Shown: positions 1 through 8,864 of the stretch, piece after piece
Numbering within the stretch: the stretch's first letter is position 1
Layout of the letters: the number at the start of each line of letters is the position of its first letter
DNA from: Terriglobia bacterium
GTDB lineage: Bacteria > Acidobacteriota > Terriglobia > 20CM-2-55-15
DNA: 64,000 bases
NCBI GenBank assembly: GCA_963664115.2
Contig: CAXWPJ010000009.1
Coordinates: forward strand, 64,001 to 128,000
Reading direction: 5' to 3'
Translations under genes and position numbers: made by a program
Notes under the pieces: model-generated
Database searches by the model: none
What the model saw: only the letters and a program-made list of their open reading frames with translations
Told to the model about the DNA's origin: nothing

Positions 1-44
1 CATAGTTTTTAGAGTTAGAAGTCGCTAGAAAATGGGATGGTCGA

Positions 45-335
45 TTAAACCTGAGCGCGCATGATCTCCTGGTATGCCTGGACGATCTTGTTGCGGACCT
101 GCATCATGACCTGGAACGACAGGTCAGCCTTTTCGAGAGCGATCATGACCGAATGCAGGTCAGCTTCGTTGTTCAGAAACTTCTGCATTTCTTCGTTGGA
201 ACCCTTCTCGAGATCGTTGACTTGAGTGACAGCATCTTTGAGGAGTTTCTTAAAGCCTGAATCCGACTTCGCTTGGGTCGGAGCCGGCCCCTGGATGGTT
301 TTTTGCAGGTCGTTATAAAGTGCGAAATCACTCAT
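45..335 (-). CDS. fliE: Flagellar hook-basal body protein FliE
   Basis: C-terminal DLHSVMIALEKADLSFQVMMQVRNKIVQAYQEIMR motif; lies downstream of flgBC. Confidence 0.95.
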   Translation of the reverse strand: MSDFALYNDLQKTIQGPAPTQAKSDSGFKKLLKDAVTQVNDLEKGSNEEMQKFLNNEADLHSVMIALEKADLSFQVMMQVRNKIVQAYQEIMRAQV

Positions 336-763
336 CGGCCAAGATCCAGAGTGCGCTGAATCATGGTCTTAAGAACGCTTATTGCAGCAATATTCGCCTG
401 GTAACTTCGAGCGGCGCCCGCAAGGTTTGCCATTTCCTGCATCGAATTCACATTGGGATAGGAAACATATCCATCCTCATTCGCATCCGGATGCCCCGGT
501 TCATAACTCTCTACGAAGGGCGTGGGATCGTCGATCACCGCAACAACTTCGACGCCACGGGGCGACCAACCGTTAGCCCTCGTCTGTTCCAGAGTCTCGG
601 CAAACCGGGTCGCCTGGAACACGACATCCTGCCTCCGATAAGGACCCCCTTCGGCGGTTCGCGTCGTTCGAGCGTTTGCCAGGTTGCTCGTCGACACCTC
701 GACACGCTGTCGCTGTGCTTTCATTCCGGTTGCGTTGATATCAATAGCCGTAAGTAAACTCAT
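332..763 (-). CDS. flgC: Flagellar basal-body rod protein FlgC
   Basis: SNLANA, GGPYRR, YEPGHPDA...GYVSYPNVN motifs. Confidence 0.97.
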   Translation of the reverse strand: MSLLTAIDINATGMKAQRQRVEVSTSNLANARTTRTAEGGPYRRQDVVFQATRFAETLEQTRANGWSPRGVEVVAVIDDPTPFVESYEPGHPDANEDGYVSYPNVNSMQEMANLAGAARSYQANIAAISVLKTMIQRTLDLGR

Positions 764-1134
764 GCTCCTCCTTCGGAAATGCTGTATCGAAGTGTCCGGA
801 GCTTGTTCTGAAGAAACTGCATCAGGGTAATGAACTCCAAACCGTTCTTCGTGACTTCAATGAGTTCCCGATCCAGATCGACGCTGTTGCCGTTCGGCTT
901 GACATCGGTATCGACTTTGAACGTCTGGATATTGCTGTTTACCGCGAGCGGACTGATATGCCTTCCAGAGGTTCCAACGACAGAGAGCAACTGCATCTGT
1001 TCGTTGAACCTCAGGTCCTGGGCGCGGTAGCCGGGAGTGTCGACATTGGCGATGTTGGCCGAGAGCATTTCCTGCCTTCGGCTCGCGACGGTCAACCGGT
1101 TCTCGACGAAATTCAATAAGCTGCTTTCGATCAT
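760..1134 (-). CDS. flgB: Flagellar basal-body rod protein FlgB
   Basis: RQEMLSANIANVDTPGY and NGNSVDLDRE motifs. Confidence 0.96.
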   Translation of the reverse strand: MIESSLLNFVENRLTVASRRQEMLSANIANVDTPGYRAQDLRFNEQMQLLSVVGTSGRHISPLAVNSNIQTFKVDTDVKPNGNSVDLDRELIEVTKNGLEFITLMQFLQNKLRTLRYSISEGGA

Positions 1135-2444
1135 GCTGTCACTTTCTCAACTCGATAATCTCGTAACTTGTTTCGCAATGTACGCAGCGAAATTCCCAGC
1201 ATCTTGGCGGCGTGTGTCCGGTTGCCGCTGGTCTCTTCGAGCGTTGCCAGGATCAACTTTCGTTCCATTTCACTGACGGAGTATCCGGCCTGGAGTTCCC
1301 GGTTGTCCGCCGATTCAACTCTCTGGTCAAACAGGTCGGCGGGCGTGATCTTGAGCCGCCCTCGCAGCGCGAAAGCACGGTGGATCACGTTTTGCAGTTC
1401 ACGAACATTCCCGGGCCACCCATAGCTTCCGAGGAGCCGCAACGCTTCCTCTCCGACCTCGATGTTGTCGCCGGCGCCGTACTTGTTGGCAAAATACCGG
1501 GTCAGTATGGGGATGTCGTCCTTACGTTCCCTCAAAGGAGGGATTCGAAGGGGCACGACATTGAGCCGGAAGAACAGGTCCTCGCGGAACTGGCCGCGGC
1601 TGATCAATTTTCGCAAGTCCTTGTTGGTCGTCGCAATCACGCGAATGTTAATAGGAACCGGCATCTTGCCGCCGACCCGGTCGACTTCCTGCTCCTGCAA
1701 CACGCGCAGCAACTTGGCCTGCAAAAGCGGGGCCATCTCGCCGATTTCGTCGAGCAGAATCGTCCCGTTCTGTGCCAACTCAAACTTTCCGGGCTTGAAC
1801 GCGTTCGCTCCGGTGAAAGCGCCCTTCTCGTAGCCGAACAGTTCCGATTCCAGCAAGCTATCGGGCAACGCGGCGCAATTGACAGCGACAAACGGGCCCT
1901 TATTTCGAGGACTGCTATCGTGAACCCAGCGGGCGAGGAGTTCTTTTCCGGTGCCACTCTCCGCCTGCACGAGGACGGTCGCATCAGTCCGGGCTGCCTG
2001 GGTTGCCTGTTCGAGCAGCGCCCGCATTGCCAGATTTTCGGTGACGATCTCATTCGTTGCGGTCGCCCTACGGACGCTTGTCTCCTTGGGCAGCCTCTCA
2101 AGAACGGCATCCAGTGCTTCTTGTGAGAAGGGCTTCACCAGGAAGTCAGTCGCACCGTTGCGGATCGCTTGAACTGCCGTGGGCACGGTTCCATAGGCGG
2201 AAAGCAGGATGACCGGCAAGTTGGGCTCCGTTCGGCGGACATGCTCCAACAGCTCCAGACCGTCCATCGCCGGCATGCGAAGGTCGGTGATGATCGCTCG
2301 GGGACTGAAAGTCTTAAGTTTTGAAACGGCATCGATTCCGTTTGTAGCCGTTTGCACCTTATGGCCTCGGCTCCTCAACGCCGCCTCGAGCGCGGACAAC
2401 ATCTGAATGTCATCATCGACTACTAACAACCGGCTCACACGCAA
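1131..2444 (-). CDS. Sigma54-dependent response regulator (FleR/FlrC-like)
   Basis: REC domain (DLRMP), AAA+ ESGTGKE and GAFTGA, WPGNVREL, Fis HTH ending LGISLRTLRNKL; directly upstream of flgB. Confidence 0.92.
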   Translation of the reverse strand: MRVSRLLVVDDDIQMLSALEAALRSRGHKVQTATNGIDAVSKLKTFSPRAIITDLRMPAMDGLELLEHVRRTEPNLPVILLSAYGTVPTAVQAIRNGATDFLVKPFSQEALDAVLERLPKETSVRRATATNEIVTENLAMRALLEQATQAARTDATVLVQAESGTGKELLARWVHDSSPRNKGPFVAVNCAALPDSLLESELFGYEKGAFTGANAFKPGKFELAQNGTILLDEIGEMAPLLQAKLLRVLQEQEVDRVGGKMPVPINIRVIATTNKDLRKLISRGQFREDLFFRLNVVPLRIPPLRERKDDIPILTRYFANKYGAGDNIEVGEEALRLLGSYGWPGNVRELQNVIHRAFALRGRLKITPADLFDQRVESADNRELQAGYSVSEMERKLILATLEETSGNRTHAAKMLGISLRTLRNKLRDYRVEKVTA

Positions 2445-3295
2445 CCTCCTGCTTGAACAAACACTTCAGTCTTCGAATCCGTCGGGTCCACCTCGCAGGA
2501 AACCGTATCCAGTCGAATTTCGAACCGGGTCCCGGCATCAGACGACTCAACGCAAATGGTGCCGCCATGGCTCTCCACAATCCGCTTCACGATGTGCAGG
2601 CCCAAGCCGCAACCATCTTTGCTGGTGGAAAACATGGGATCGAAGATTCGCGACATGGTCTCGGCATCCATACCGGGGCCGTCATCTTCAACGATTAATC
2701 GAACTTCGTTTTCGAGCGTTTCACCTGTCAGGTGCACAGTCCCGCCAGTCGAAATCTCGCGTAACGCGTTGAGCACCAAATTCAACAGCATCCGATGCAA
2801 GAGCCCGAAATCTCCCACGCCAACACAACCGTCGGATACGCTATAGGAAATTTGAATACCCTTCTGCTCGGCGATCGGACGCAGAAAAGATTGCACACCT
2901 TCGAGCAAATCTCCGATCGCGACCTCTTCCAACTGTGGCTGAATCGGCTGACCAAATTCGAGGATGTTCGTCACCGAGTGATTGAGTAAGCGGACGCTAC
3001 GAACGATCTGGTCGGCGTAAGGGCCATCGATCATGGATGCGTAGAGCTCGATACTACCCAGAGGATTCCGAATCTCGTGGGCCAGTTCCATGGCCATCTC
3101 ACCCATCGCGGCCATACGCTCAAGTTGGATGCGTTGTTCCCGCTCCCGTTCCAACTCGGACGACAGTTCGCCGACGCGATCTTGAAGTTGGCGATAGGAA
3201 CGCTCTAAAGACTCGGAGGTCAGCTGAAACTTAGAGATCAGGCCCTCGAAGCCCTTCAGTTGCGCATCAGACGCTCGACGCTCTAAGTTCGTCAT
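2435..3295 (-). CDS. Cytoplasmic sensor histidine kinase (FleS/FlrB-like)
   Basis: H-box LAHEIRNPL, N-box NLVLNA, DDGPG, GLGL; coiled-coil N-terminus with no TM segment. Confidence 0.9.
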   Translation of the reverse strand: MTNLERRASDAQLKGFEGLISKFQLTSESLERSYRQLQDRVGELSSELEREREQRIQLERMAAMGEMAMELAHEIRNPLGSIELYASMIDGPYADQIVRSVRLLNHSVTNILEFGQPIQPQLEEVAIGDLLEGVQSFLRPIAEQKGIQISYSVSDGCVGVGDFGLLHRMLLNLVLNALREISTGGTVHLTGETLENEVRLIVEDDGPGMDAETMSRIFDPMFSTSKDGCGLGLHIVKRIVESHGGTICVESSDAGTRFEIRLDTVSCEVDPTDSKTEVFVQAGGCV

Positions 3296-3307
3296 GCGGT
3301 CGAATCA

Positions 3308-3323
3308 TGCAGATTGCGTGCCA
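3308..3323 (-). promoter_or_regulatory. Sigma54 (-24/-12) promoter of the kinase-regulator-flgBC-fliE operon
   Basis: Minus strand reads TGGCACGCAATCTGCA = GG-N10-GC, close to the TGGCAC-N5-TTGC consensus, just upstream of the ATG at 3295. Confidence 0.8.
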
Positions 3324-3447
3324 AGAGCCGGATCGGATCCCGGGGCAGAGATCCGATGCCGTCCCTCGCCTAAGCAGGTCATATGGTTGGCGGCAGAATT
3401 TTCCTAGTGGTGGGCAATCTCGATACCCCCGTCAGGAGAGACCGGAC

Positions 3448-3529
3448 GTCAGAGATCTGACATAGCCGGGGAAGGAATGTGACAACAATTTGACAAGCCA
3501 AAAAACCGACAGTGCGTCAAATGTCTAAC
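3448..3529. promoter_or_regulatory. Array of FleQ-box-like enhancer sites
   Basis: 14-bp GTCA-N6-TGAC-like sites: GTCAGAGATCTGAC (3448-3461), GACAACAATTTGAC (3481-3494), GCCAAAAAACCGAC (3497-3510), GTCAAATGTCTAAC (3516-3529), about 125-205 bp upstream of the sigma54 promoter. Confidence 0.55.
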
Positions 3530-4074
3530 GGTGTCAACGGGTTGTCGCGCTTGTCAAGATTGGCAACCAGACTGCTCAATAAAGATTCGATCGCATCCAG
3601 TCGGGAGTCGACGGAGCGAGTCTGCTCTGAGAGCAGGGACAGTTTTCGATTCAACCTCTGATTTTCGGCAGCGAGGCGTTGATGCTCGATAATTCGATTG
3701 ACGACAATCTCGATCTCGAGGAGCTCAAACGGCTTGGCAAGGTAATCGAAAGCGCCGCAACGAATGGACTCGATTGCGGTTTTCAAGGACGAATAACCCG
3801 TCATGACGACAACGTGAACCAGGGGATTGTGACTACGGGCGGCGCTCAACACGTCCATGCCATCAACCCCTGGCATCACGAGATCGGTGAGAACGATGTC
3901 GAACTGTTCCTTTTCGGAGGACAACATTGCGACGGCGTCGGCACCGGAGCGAAGCGAAACGACGTTGAAGCCCCGCCGTTCGAAGTAGTCGTCCAGAATC
4001 ATCCGGAGATCGCTATCGTCATCGACGATCATCATTCGGGTGTTGGCAGCCGAGAATTCGTTTACGGAATGCAT
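3517..4074 (-). CDS. Response regulator: REC domain plus coiled-coil tail, no recognisable output domain
   Basis: IVDDD, TDLVMPGVDG, MTGY, YLAKPF; start placed at ATG 4074 (ORF extends to 4137). Confidence 0.85.
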   Translation of the reverse strand: MHSVNEFSAANTRMMIVDDDSDLRMILDDYFERRGFNVVSLRSGADAVAMLSSEKEQFDIVLTDLVMPGVDGMDVLSAARSHNPLVHVVVMTGYSSLKTAIESIRCGAFDYLAKPFELLEIEIVVNRIIEHQRLAAENQRLNRKLSLLSEQTRSVDSRLDAIESLLSSLVANLDKRDNPLTPLDI

Positions 4075-4164
4075 ACATCTCTTTCTTTCGGCATTTCGAG
4101 TTGAAACTTTAAGTCCAGGGCCATTATAATGAGCCAATTATTTGACGCAGGAGGCGAAACAGCA

Positions 4165-5568
4165 ATGGAAGCATTACAGAATCAGATACTTGTGGTGGAT
4201 GACGAAGCGGAGCTTCGGCAGGCCATCGTCGAAATATTGACTCACGATGGCTTTGACGTCGACTCTGCCGGGTCGGCGGAGGAAGCCAGCGAGAAGATTT
4301 CCCAAACGCCTTACGACGTTCTGGTCACCGACCTGATGTTGCCGGGCAAGAACGGCGTGGAGCTTCTCGAAGAGACACTGGCCAAATATCCTGAGACCGT
4401 GGGCATTGTCATTACGGGTCACGCTTCGATCAACACCGCCGTGGAGGCGATACAGAAAGGAGCCTACGACTACCTGACCAAACCGTTCAAGCTCATCGAA
4501 CTACCGCCTCGCGTCCGTAAGGGCCTCAATCAGAGGAATTTACGCTTCGAGAACCAGTATCTCCGCACCCAGCTCGAGGACCGGTACTCCTTTGACAACA
4601 TTGTCGGCTCTGGTCGTTCCATGAAGCAGATTTTCGAACTGGTTGGTACGGTTGCCGCTCTGAACACGACGGTTCTCATACAGGGTGAAACGGGAACGGG
4701 GAAAGAACTCATAGCGAAGGCCATTCACTTCAACAGCCCTCGCCGGAACCATAAGCTGGTCAGCATCAATTGCGGTGCCATTCCCGAGCACCTATTGGAA
4801 ACGGAGTTGTTCGGCCACGTTAAAGGTGCCTTTACCGGAGCGATTCAGAACCGTGTCGGCCGGTTTGAGCAGGCCGATGGCGGCACACTGTTCCTGGACG
4901 AAATCGGCAACATGCCCCAAACATTACAGGTAAAGCTGTTGCGCGTGCTTCAGGAACGCGAATTCGAACGTGTCGGTGGTAACTCGACCGTAAAGATCGA
5001 CGTGCGCATCGTTACGGCGACCAGCGCTAACCTTGTGGAAATGGTCCGCGAAGGTACCTTCAGAGAAGACCTCTACTACCGCTTGAACGTCATACCGGTG
5101 AATCTACCTCCGTTGCGGGACCGCAGAGAAGACATCCCGATCCTGCTGCAGCGCTTCGTACGACAGTTCACCGAAACACACGGACTCGAAGCGAAGACCG
5201 TAGCCCCGGAAGTCGTCAAAGCACTGATGAACTACAATTGGCCCGGCAACATCCGGCAGCTGGAGAACATCATTGAACGGATGGTGGCACTGACCAGTGG
5301 ACGTACGACCATCGTTGGGGAAGATCTGCCACCAGAAATTCTGAACCGCTCCGATGCCCATCTACCGCCGGTCATCGAAATTCCCGACGAAGGCATCAAT
5401 TTCCAGAGTGTCGTTTCCGGGATGGAACGGGAATTGATTCTCCAGAGCCTCCGCAAGAGCGGCGGCAACAAGAAACTGGCCGCGCAATTGTTGAACCTCA
5501 AGCGGACGACTCTGATCGAGAAGATCAAGAGAATCGGGCTGGACCGGAAAGTCGCTGTCCCCGCATAA
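4165..5568 (+). CDS. Sigma54-dependent NtrC-family response regulator (candidate FleQ/FlrA-like flagellar master regulator)
   Basis: [28 protein letters not shown] ending [12 protein letters not shown]; AGGAGG RBS before ATG 4165. Confidence 0.9.
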   Translation: MEALQNQILVVDDEAELRQAIVEILTHDGFDVDSAGSAEEASEKISQTPYDVLVTDLMLPGKNGVELLEETLAKYPETVGIVITGHASINTAVEAIQKGAYDYLTKPFKLIELPPRVRKGLNQRNLRFENQYLRTQLEDRYSFDNIVGSGRSMKQIFELVGTVAALNTTVLIQGETGTGKELIAKAIHFNSPRRNHKLVSINCGAIPEHLLETELFGHVKGAFTGAIQNRVGRFEQADGGTLFLDEIGNMPQTLQVKLLRVLQEREFERVGGNSTVKIDVRIVTATSANLVEMVREGTFREDLYYRLNVIPVNLPPLRDRREDIPILLQRFVRQFTETHGLEAKTVAPEVVKALMNYNWPGNIRQLENIIERMVALTSGRTTIVGEDLPPEILNRSDAHLPPVIEIPDEGINFQSVVSGMERELILQSLRKSGGNKKLAAQLLNLKRTTLIEKIKRIGLDRKVAVPA

Positions 5569-5580
5569 GAGGGAAAACTC

Positions 5581-5660
5581 ACCGCAAAGGCGCAAAGACG
5601 CAAAGAATCTCGACGATCGGAGATAATTGATTTTTCTTTGCGCCTTCGCGTCTTTGCGGT
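5581..5660. repeat. Inverted-repeat element built from 8-nt CGCAAAG(G/A) units
   Basis: ACCGCAAAGGCGCAAAGACGCAAAG (5581-5605) and its inverted copy CTTTGCGCCTTCGCGTCTTTGCGGT (5636-5660), 22/25 identical. Confidence 0.85.
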
Positions 5661-5688
5661 TAAGAACTCGTTTCTCCGCCCTCCCCCT

Positions 5689-5716
5689 TAAGGTTTAGTC
5701 GAAAAACACCCGATAC
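5689..5716 (+). promoter_or_regulatory. Putative sigma28 (FliA) promoter of the HD-GYP gene
   Basis: TAAG-N16-CCCGATAC, same spacing as the flagellin promoter; ends 7 nt before the ATG. Confidence 0.55.
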
Positions 5717-5723
5717 AGCCGAT

Positions 5724-7262
5724 ATGGAGCGCATACTCATTATCCATAGTAGGCAATCCGCGTCGGGGACCCTAGCTGAACTTTTAGAGACAAAAGGATA
5801 CAGGGTAGAAGAAGCGAACGACGTACCTGGGCTCTTGAAGGACGGGCAACCCTACGATCTGGTCTTCTGCCAGGCGGGCCCGGACCCGGAGGACGGTCTT
5901 GAATGGGTCCGTAAGATCGGCCAGACAGATCCAGAACTCCTGACGATCCTCGTCGCCGACGCGTCGGATCCGTCGATCGCGTTGGACGGGATTCGGGCCG
6001 GTGCCTTCGATTTCCTCCCCGCACCGGTGAGGGTGCAGGGGCTCGAAGCCGTGTTAGCCAGGGCTCGGAATCAGCATAGGATCGCCAAAGAGAACGAAAG
6101 ACACCGGCGACAGCTTGAAAAAACGGTTATCGATCGAGATTCCGAGCTGTCGATCATCCGTAAAACGCTGACAGAGTTGCATGGACTCGGTTTGCCGAGC
6201 CCCGCGGACGATCCCGAATCCCATCTGAAAGGTTTCGCGGATTTCGCGTTGCACGACTTCGATTTCGATACATTCGGTGTCTGCGTCCTTGAAAACGGCA
6301 GCTTCAAAAAACTGATCTTCATGGACCGGTTCGGCCGTCACCCGGATCCCTTCGTTCTCGAACCCACGTCCGATTTGTACCGTGCGGTCCTCGAGAAAAG
6401 CCCGGATCTGGAAGAACCACCTCACGGATGGTACCTGCAGAAGAAGAATCGCTGGGGCGCGTGCTGGCTCTTGGAACACCCGGCACTTGTGGGCTTCATA
6501 TACGCGGGTTCCGACCATCATGACCGGGGGGCCAAAGCAGCCAGAGACCTCAGTCACGATGCGTTCCGCTTCTTCAGGAACAGAATCGATACCTTCCTTC
6601 GGGAACATTACCTGGTACAGACATTCAAGCAACAGCAGCGTCGGATGTTCGTGGCCTCGGTCCAGTCACACGCCCGGTCGATTGAAGCCAAGGACATCTA
6701 TACCGCGGGCCACTGCGACCGTGTGGAACGCTACTCCGAACTATTGGCCCGGCAAGCGGGTGGATTCAGTGAGGAATGGATCTTCAACTTGCGTATCGGC
6801 GCGATCCTTCACGACATCGGGAAGATCGGAGTCCCGACGGCCCTACTGTGCAAGCCCGGCATGTTGAGCGTGGAAGAACAACAGCAGGTTCAGTCTCACC
6901 CTGTCATCGGCGGCCGGATTGTTCGCGCAATGGAAGAATTCAAACTGGAATCGTCCGTCCGCCACCATCACGAGTGCTTTGACGGCAAGGGCTATCCCGA
7001 CGGTTTGAAGGGTGAGGCCATTCCGATCGAAGCCCGGCTGATACTTGCAGCCGATACCTTTGACGCCATGACCAGCAATCGGCCCTACCGGCGCGCCCTA
7101 TCCACAGATCGGGCCATCGACGAACTGAAGAAGTTTTCGGGTAAGCAATTCGATCCGGAAGTCGTCCGATGGATGGTTCAGGCTGCGCCGTCGCTGGAAG
7201 AAGCGCGCCAGAACTCAAGCAAAACCGTAAACCCGTTGAAAGAGATGGCAGAAGCGGTTTAG
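5724..7262 (+). CDS. HD-GYP cyclic di-GMP phosphodiesterase with degenerate N-terminal REC domain
   Basis: TAGHCDRV, LHDIGKIG, HHECFDGKGYP, ADTFDAMTSNRPYR motifs. Confidence 0.92.
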   Translation: MERILIIHSRQSASGTLAELLETKGYRVEEANDVPGLLKDGQPYDLVFCQAGPDPEDGLEWVRKIGQTDPELLTILVADASDPSIALDGIRAGAFDFLPAPVRVQGLEAVLARARNQHRIAKENERHRRQLEKTVIDRDSELSIIRKTLTELHGLGLPSPADDPESHLKGFADFALHDFDFDTFGVCVLENGSFKKLIFMDRFGRHPDPFVLEPTSDLYRAVLEKSPDLEEPPHGWYLQKKNRWGACWLLEHPALVGFIYAGSDHHDRGAKAARDLSHDAFRFFRNRIDTFLREHYLVQTFKQQQRRMFVASVQSHARSIEAKDIYTAGHCDRVERYSELLARQAGGFSEEWIFNLRIGAILHDIGKIGVPTALLCKPGMLSVEEQQQVQSHPVIGGRIVRAMEEFKLESSVRHHHECFDGKGYPDGLKGEAIPIEARLILAADTFDAMTSNRPYRRALSTDRAIDELKKFSGKQFDPEVVRWMVQAAPSLEEARQNSSKTVNPLKEMAEAV

Positions 7263-7328
7263 GGGACGGACACTTCATGAAACCTGGCACTCGCAAGCAC
7301 AGGACTTCGCCAGAAGTGTCCGTCCCCT
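7261..7328. repeat. REP/MITE-like element, GGGGACGGACACT family, copy 1
   Basis: Perfect 16-bp inverted repeat AGGGGACGGACACTTC (7261-7276) / GAAGTGTCCGTCCCCT (7313-7328). Confidence 0.85.
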
Positions 7329-7341
7329 GAAATCTACTATT

Positions 7342-8325
7342 TCACTCGTCTGCACCCGAAGGACGCGACATGTAATAACCGCCGCGATGGCGCACGGTCG
7401 CGCCGGGGCGGTCCAGATCCACCTGAATGTCCCGCCAATCCTGGTTGATTAAACTCCTCGGGTAGTAACTCAGCGTGTACTGCTGGTGCAACTCCTCGAG
7501 GAGAATCTCGGCCAGGCTTCTCAAGGCGTAACGTCGTCCCGTATACAGACGGAACGCCCGGCCACCGGTGACATCGGTGAGCAGGGCCAGCATGTAGTGA
7601 TACACGTGATATCGGGTCCGGCGCATCACCTCGGGGTCGCTGTCATCATCATCAATCCCGATCGCATAGACCAGAACCTGATTGCGCTTCAGCATCTCGT
7701 CGATGTCGTCGGGCCGGAGCTTGCTGCGCGTATCGAAACCGTCGGTGATCAACAGCAGGATCTTCTTGTCGTGCTGAGACGAATCCATCATTTCCAACGC
7801 CAGACCAATCGCATCGAAGGCTGCCGTCTCACCGCCGGAACGCACACCCCTGAAAATCTCGGGCAGTTCCGGTCCAACCGTCGTGAACTCGGTCAGCACC
7901 TTGCTATTGTTTGAGAAGGAGATGACAAAGACTTCATCCGCCGGAGACAGGGCCATCGCGAGTTCCCGCGCAACCTGCAGCGATTGCTGCAACTTGTGCC
8001 GCATGCTGCCACTGGTGTCGACGAGAATCCCCATGCTGACCGGCACTTGCTGATCGTGGGAAAAGAACGAGACTTCCTGCCGGACACCGTCCTCGAAGAC
8101 AGTAAAATCGTCAGCAGTCAAGCCTTCGACGTAGCGGCCTTGCCCATCCAGGACGGTCGCCACAACATTGACCAACTCCACTTCGACCGCAAGCTGAAAC
8201 TGCGCGGCCTCCGCCTCTCCATCCGCGGCTTGCCCGTTACCCTGCTGCGGGGTCTCGGCCAGTAATGCTCCTCCCCACAACATGAACGCAAGCGCCGCCA
8301 CCACTCGAAAATATTTTCTAGTCAT
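7342..8325 (-). CDS. Exported VWA-domain protein (acidobacterial type)
   Basis: Signal peptide, VELVNVVATV...GLTADDFTVFEDG, MIDAS DTSGS, ITDGFD, QYTLSYYP; start placed at ATG 8325. Confidence 0.9.
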   Translation of the reverse strand: MTRKYFRVVAALAFMLWGGALLAETPQQGNGQAADGEAEAAQFQLAVEVELVNVVATVLDGQGRYVEGLTADDFTVFEDGVRQEVSFFSHDQQVPVSMGILVDTSGSMRHKLQQSLQVARELAMALSPADEVFVISFSNNSKVLTEFTTVGPELPEIFRGVRSGGETAAFDAIGLALEMMDSSQHDKKILLLITDGFDTRSKLRPDDIDEMLKRNQVLVYAIGIDDDDSDPEVMRRTRYHVYHYMLALLTDVTGGRAFRLYTGRRYALRSLAEILLEELHQQYTLSYYPRSLINQDWRDIQVDLDRPGATVRHRGGYYMSRPSGADE

Positions 8326-8381
8326 GATGGCTGATAGTTTTAGGCCAATCACCGGAACCACGTCAACAAAAATCTGCCCAA

Positions 8382-8412
8382 AGGGACGAACATTTATGAA
8401 GTGTCCGTCCCT
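8382..8412. repeat. REP/MITE-like element, GGGGACGGACACT family, compact degenerate copy
   Basis: AGGGACGAACATTT-ATG-AAGTGTCCGTCCCT; the right arm matches the 7261 element. Confidence 0.7.
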
Positions 8413-8803
8413 AGACGACGCGACTAGGCAACGCGGAAGGGTGGGTCGTCCACATCGTGGGGCAGCGAACTCAGTTCCAAAATCCGGATTTGAACAACCC
8501 GACGTAACAGCTTCGTCTGTCGCTTCAAACACTTAGTTTTAAGCTGTTTATGCCTTTCGCGGTCCGCAACGCGGCGCTTGAATAGCGGCTGTCTTCATCG
8601 ACGGACGGTTGAAACACGGGTAAGTGAAACCGTCCGGAACTTCGACTCCAACGAAACGAGGAAGGCCGCTACGGCGCAACTCATCTGGAAGAACCGTACA
8701 AAGTCGTCGATCATTTTGAAACGGAGTTGTCGGTAGCTGAATGTGTCTAGATTGAACGGGGTCTGCACGGACTTGGTTTCAGGGTCGGAACCGAAGCGAA
8801 GAA

Positions 8804-8832
8804 AAAGCGGCGGGGCCAAGCCCCGCCGCTTT
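8804..8832 (-). terminator. Rho-independent terminator of flagellin
   Basis: Hairpin AAAGCGGCGGGGC-CAA-GCCCCGCCGCTTT ending in a T-run on the minus strand. Confidence 0.85.
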
Positions 8833-8864
8833 CATACTATCCTCCATCTGGCGTCTGATCCGGA

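Noticed and set aside
1-3. CAT at the window start could be the ATG of fliF on the minus strand
   Set aside because: Expected by synteny after fliE, but there is no coding sequence in the window to confirm it
1212-2126. Long antisense or alternative-frame ORFs (e.g. 1212-2126, 11700-12446, 15598-16413, 28707-29561, 54239-55111, 56523-57692)
   Set aside because: Shadow ORFs overlapping well-supported genes in GC-rich DNA, with no recognisable motifs
5581-5660. Periodic repeats as a CRISPR array
   Set aside because: Units are 8 nt, inverted and lack spacers; no cas genes are present
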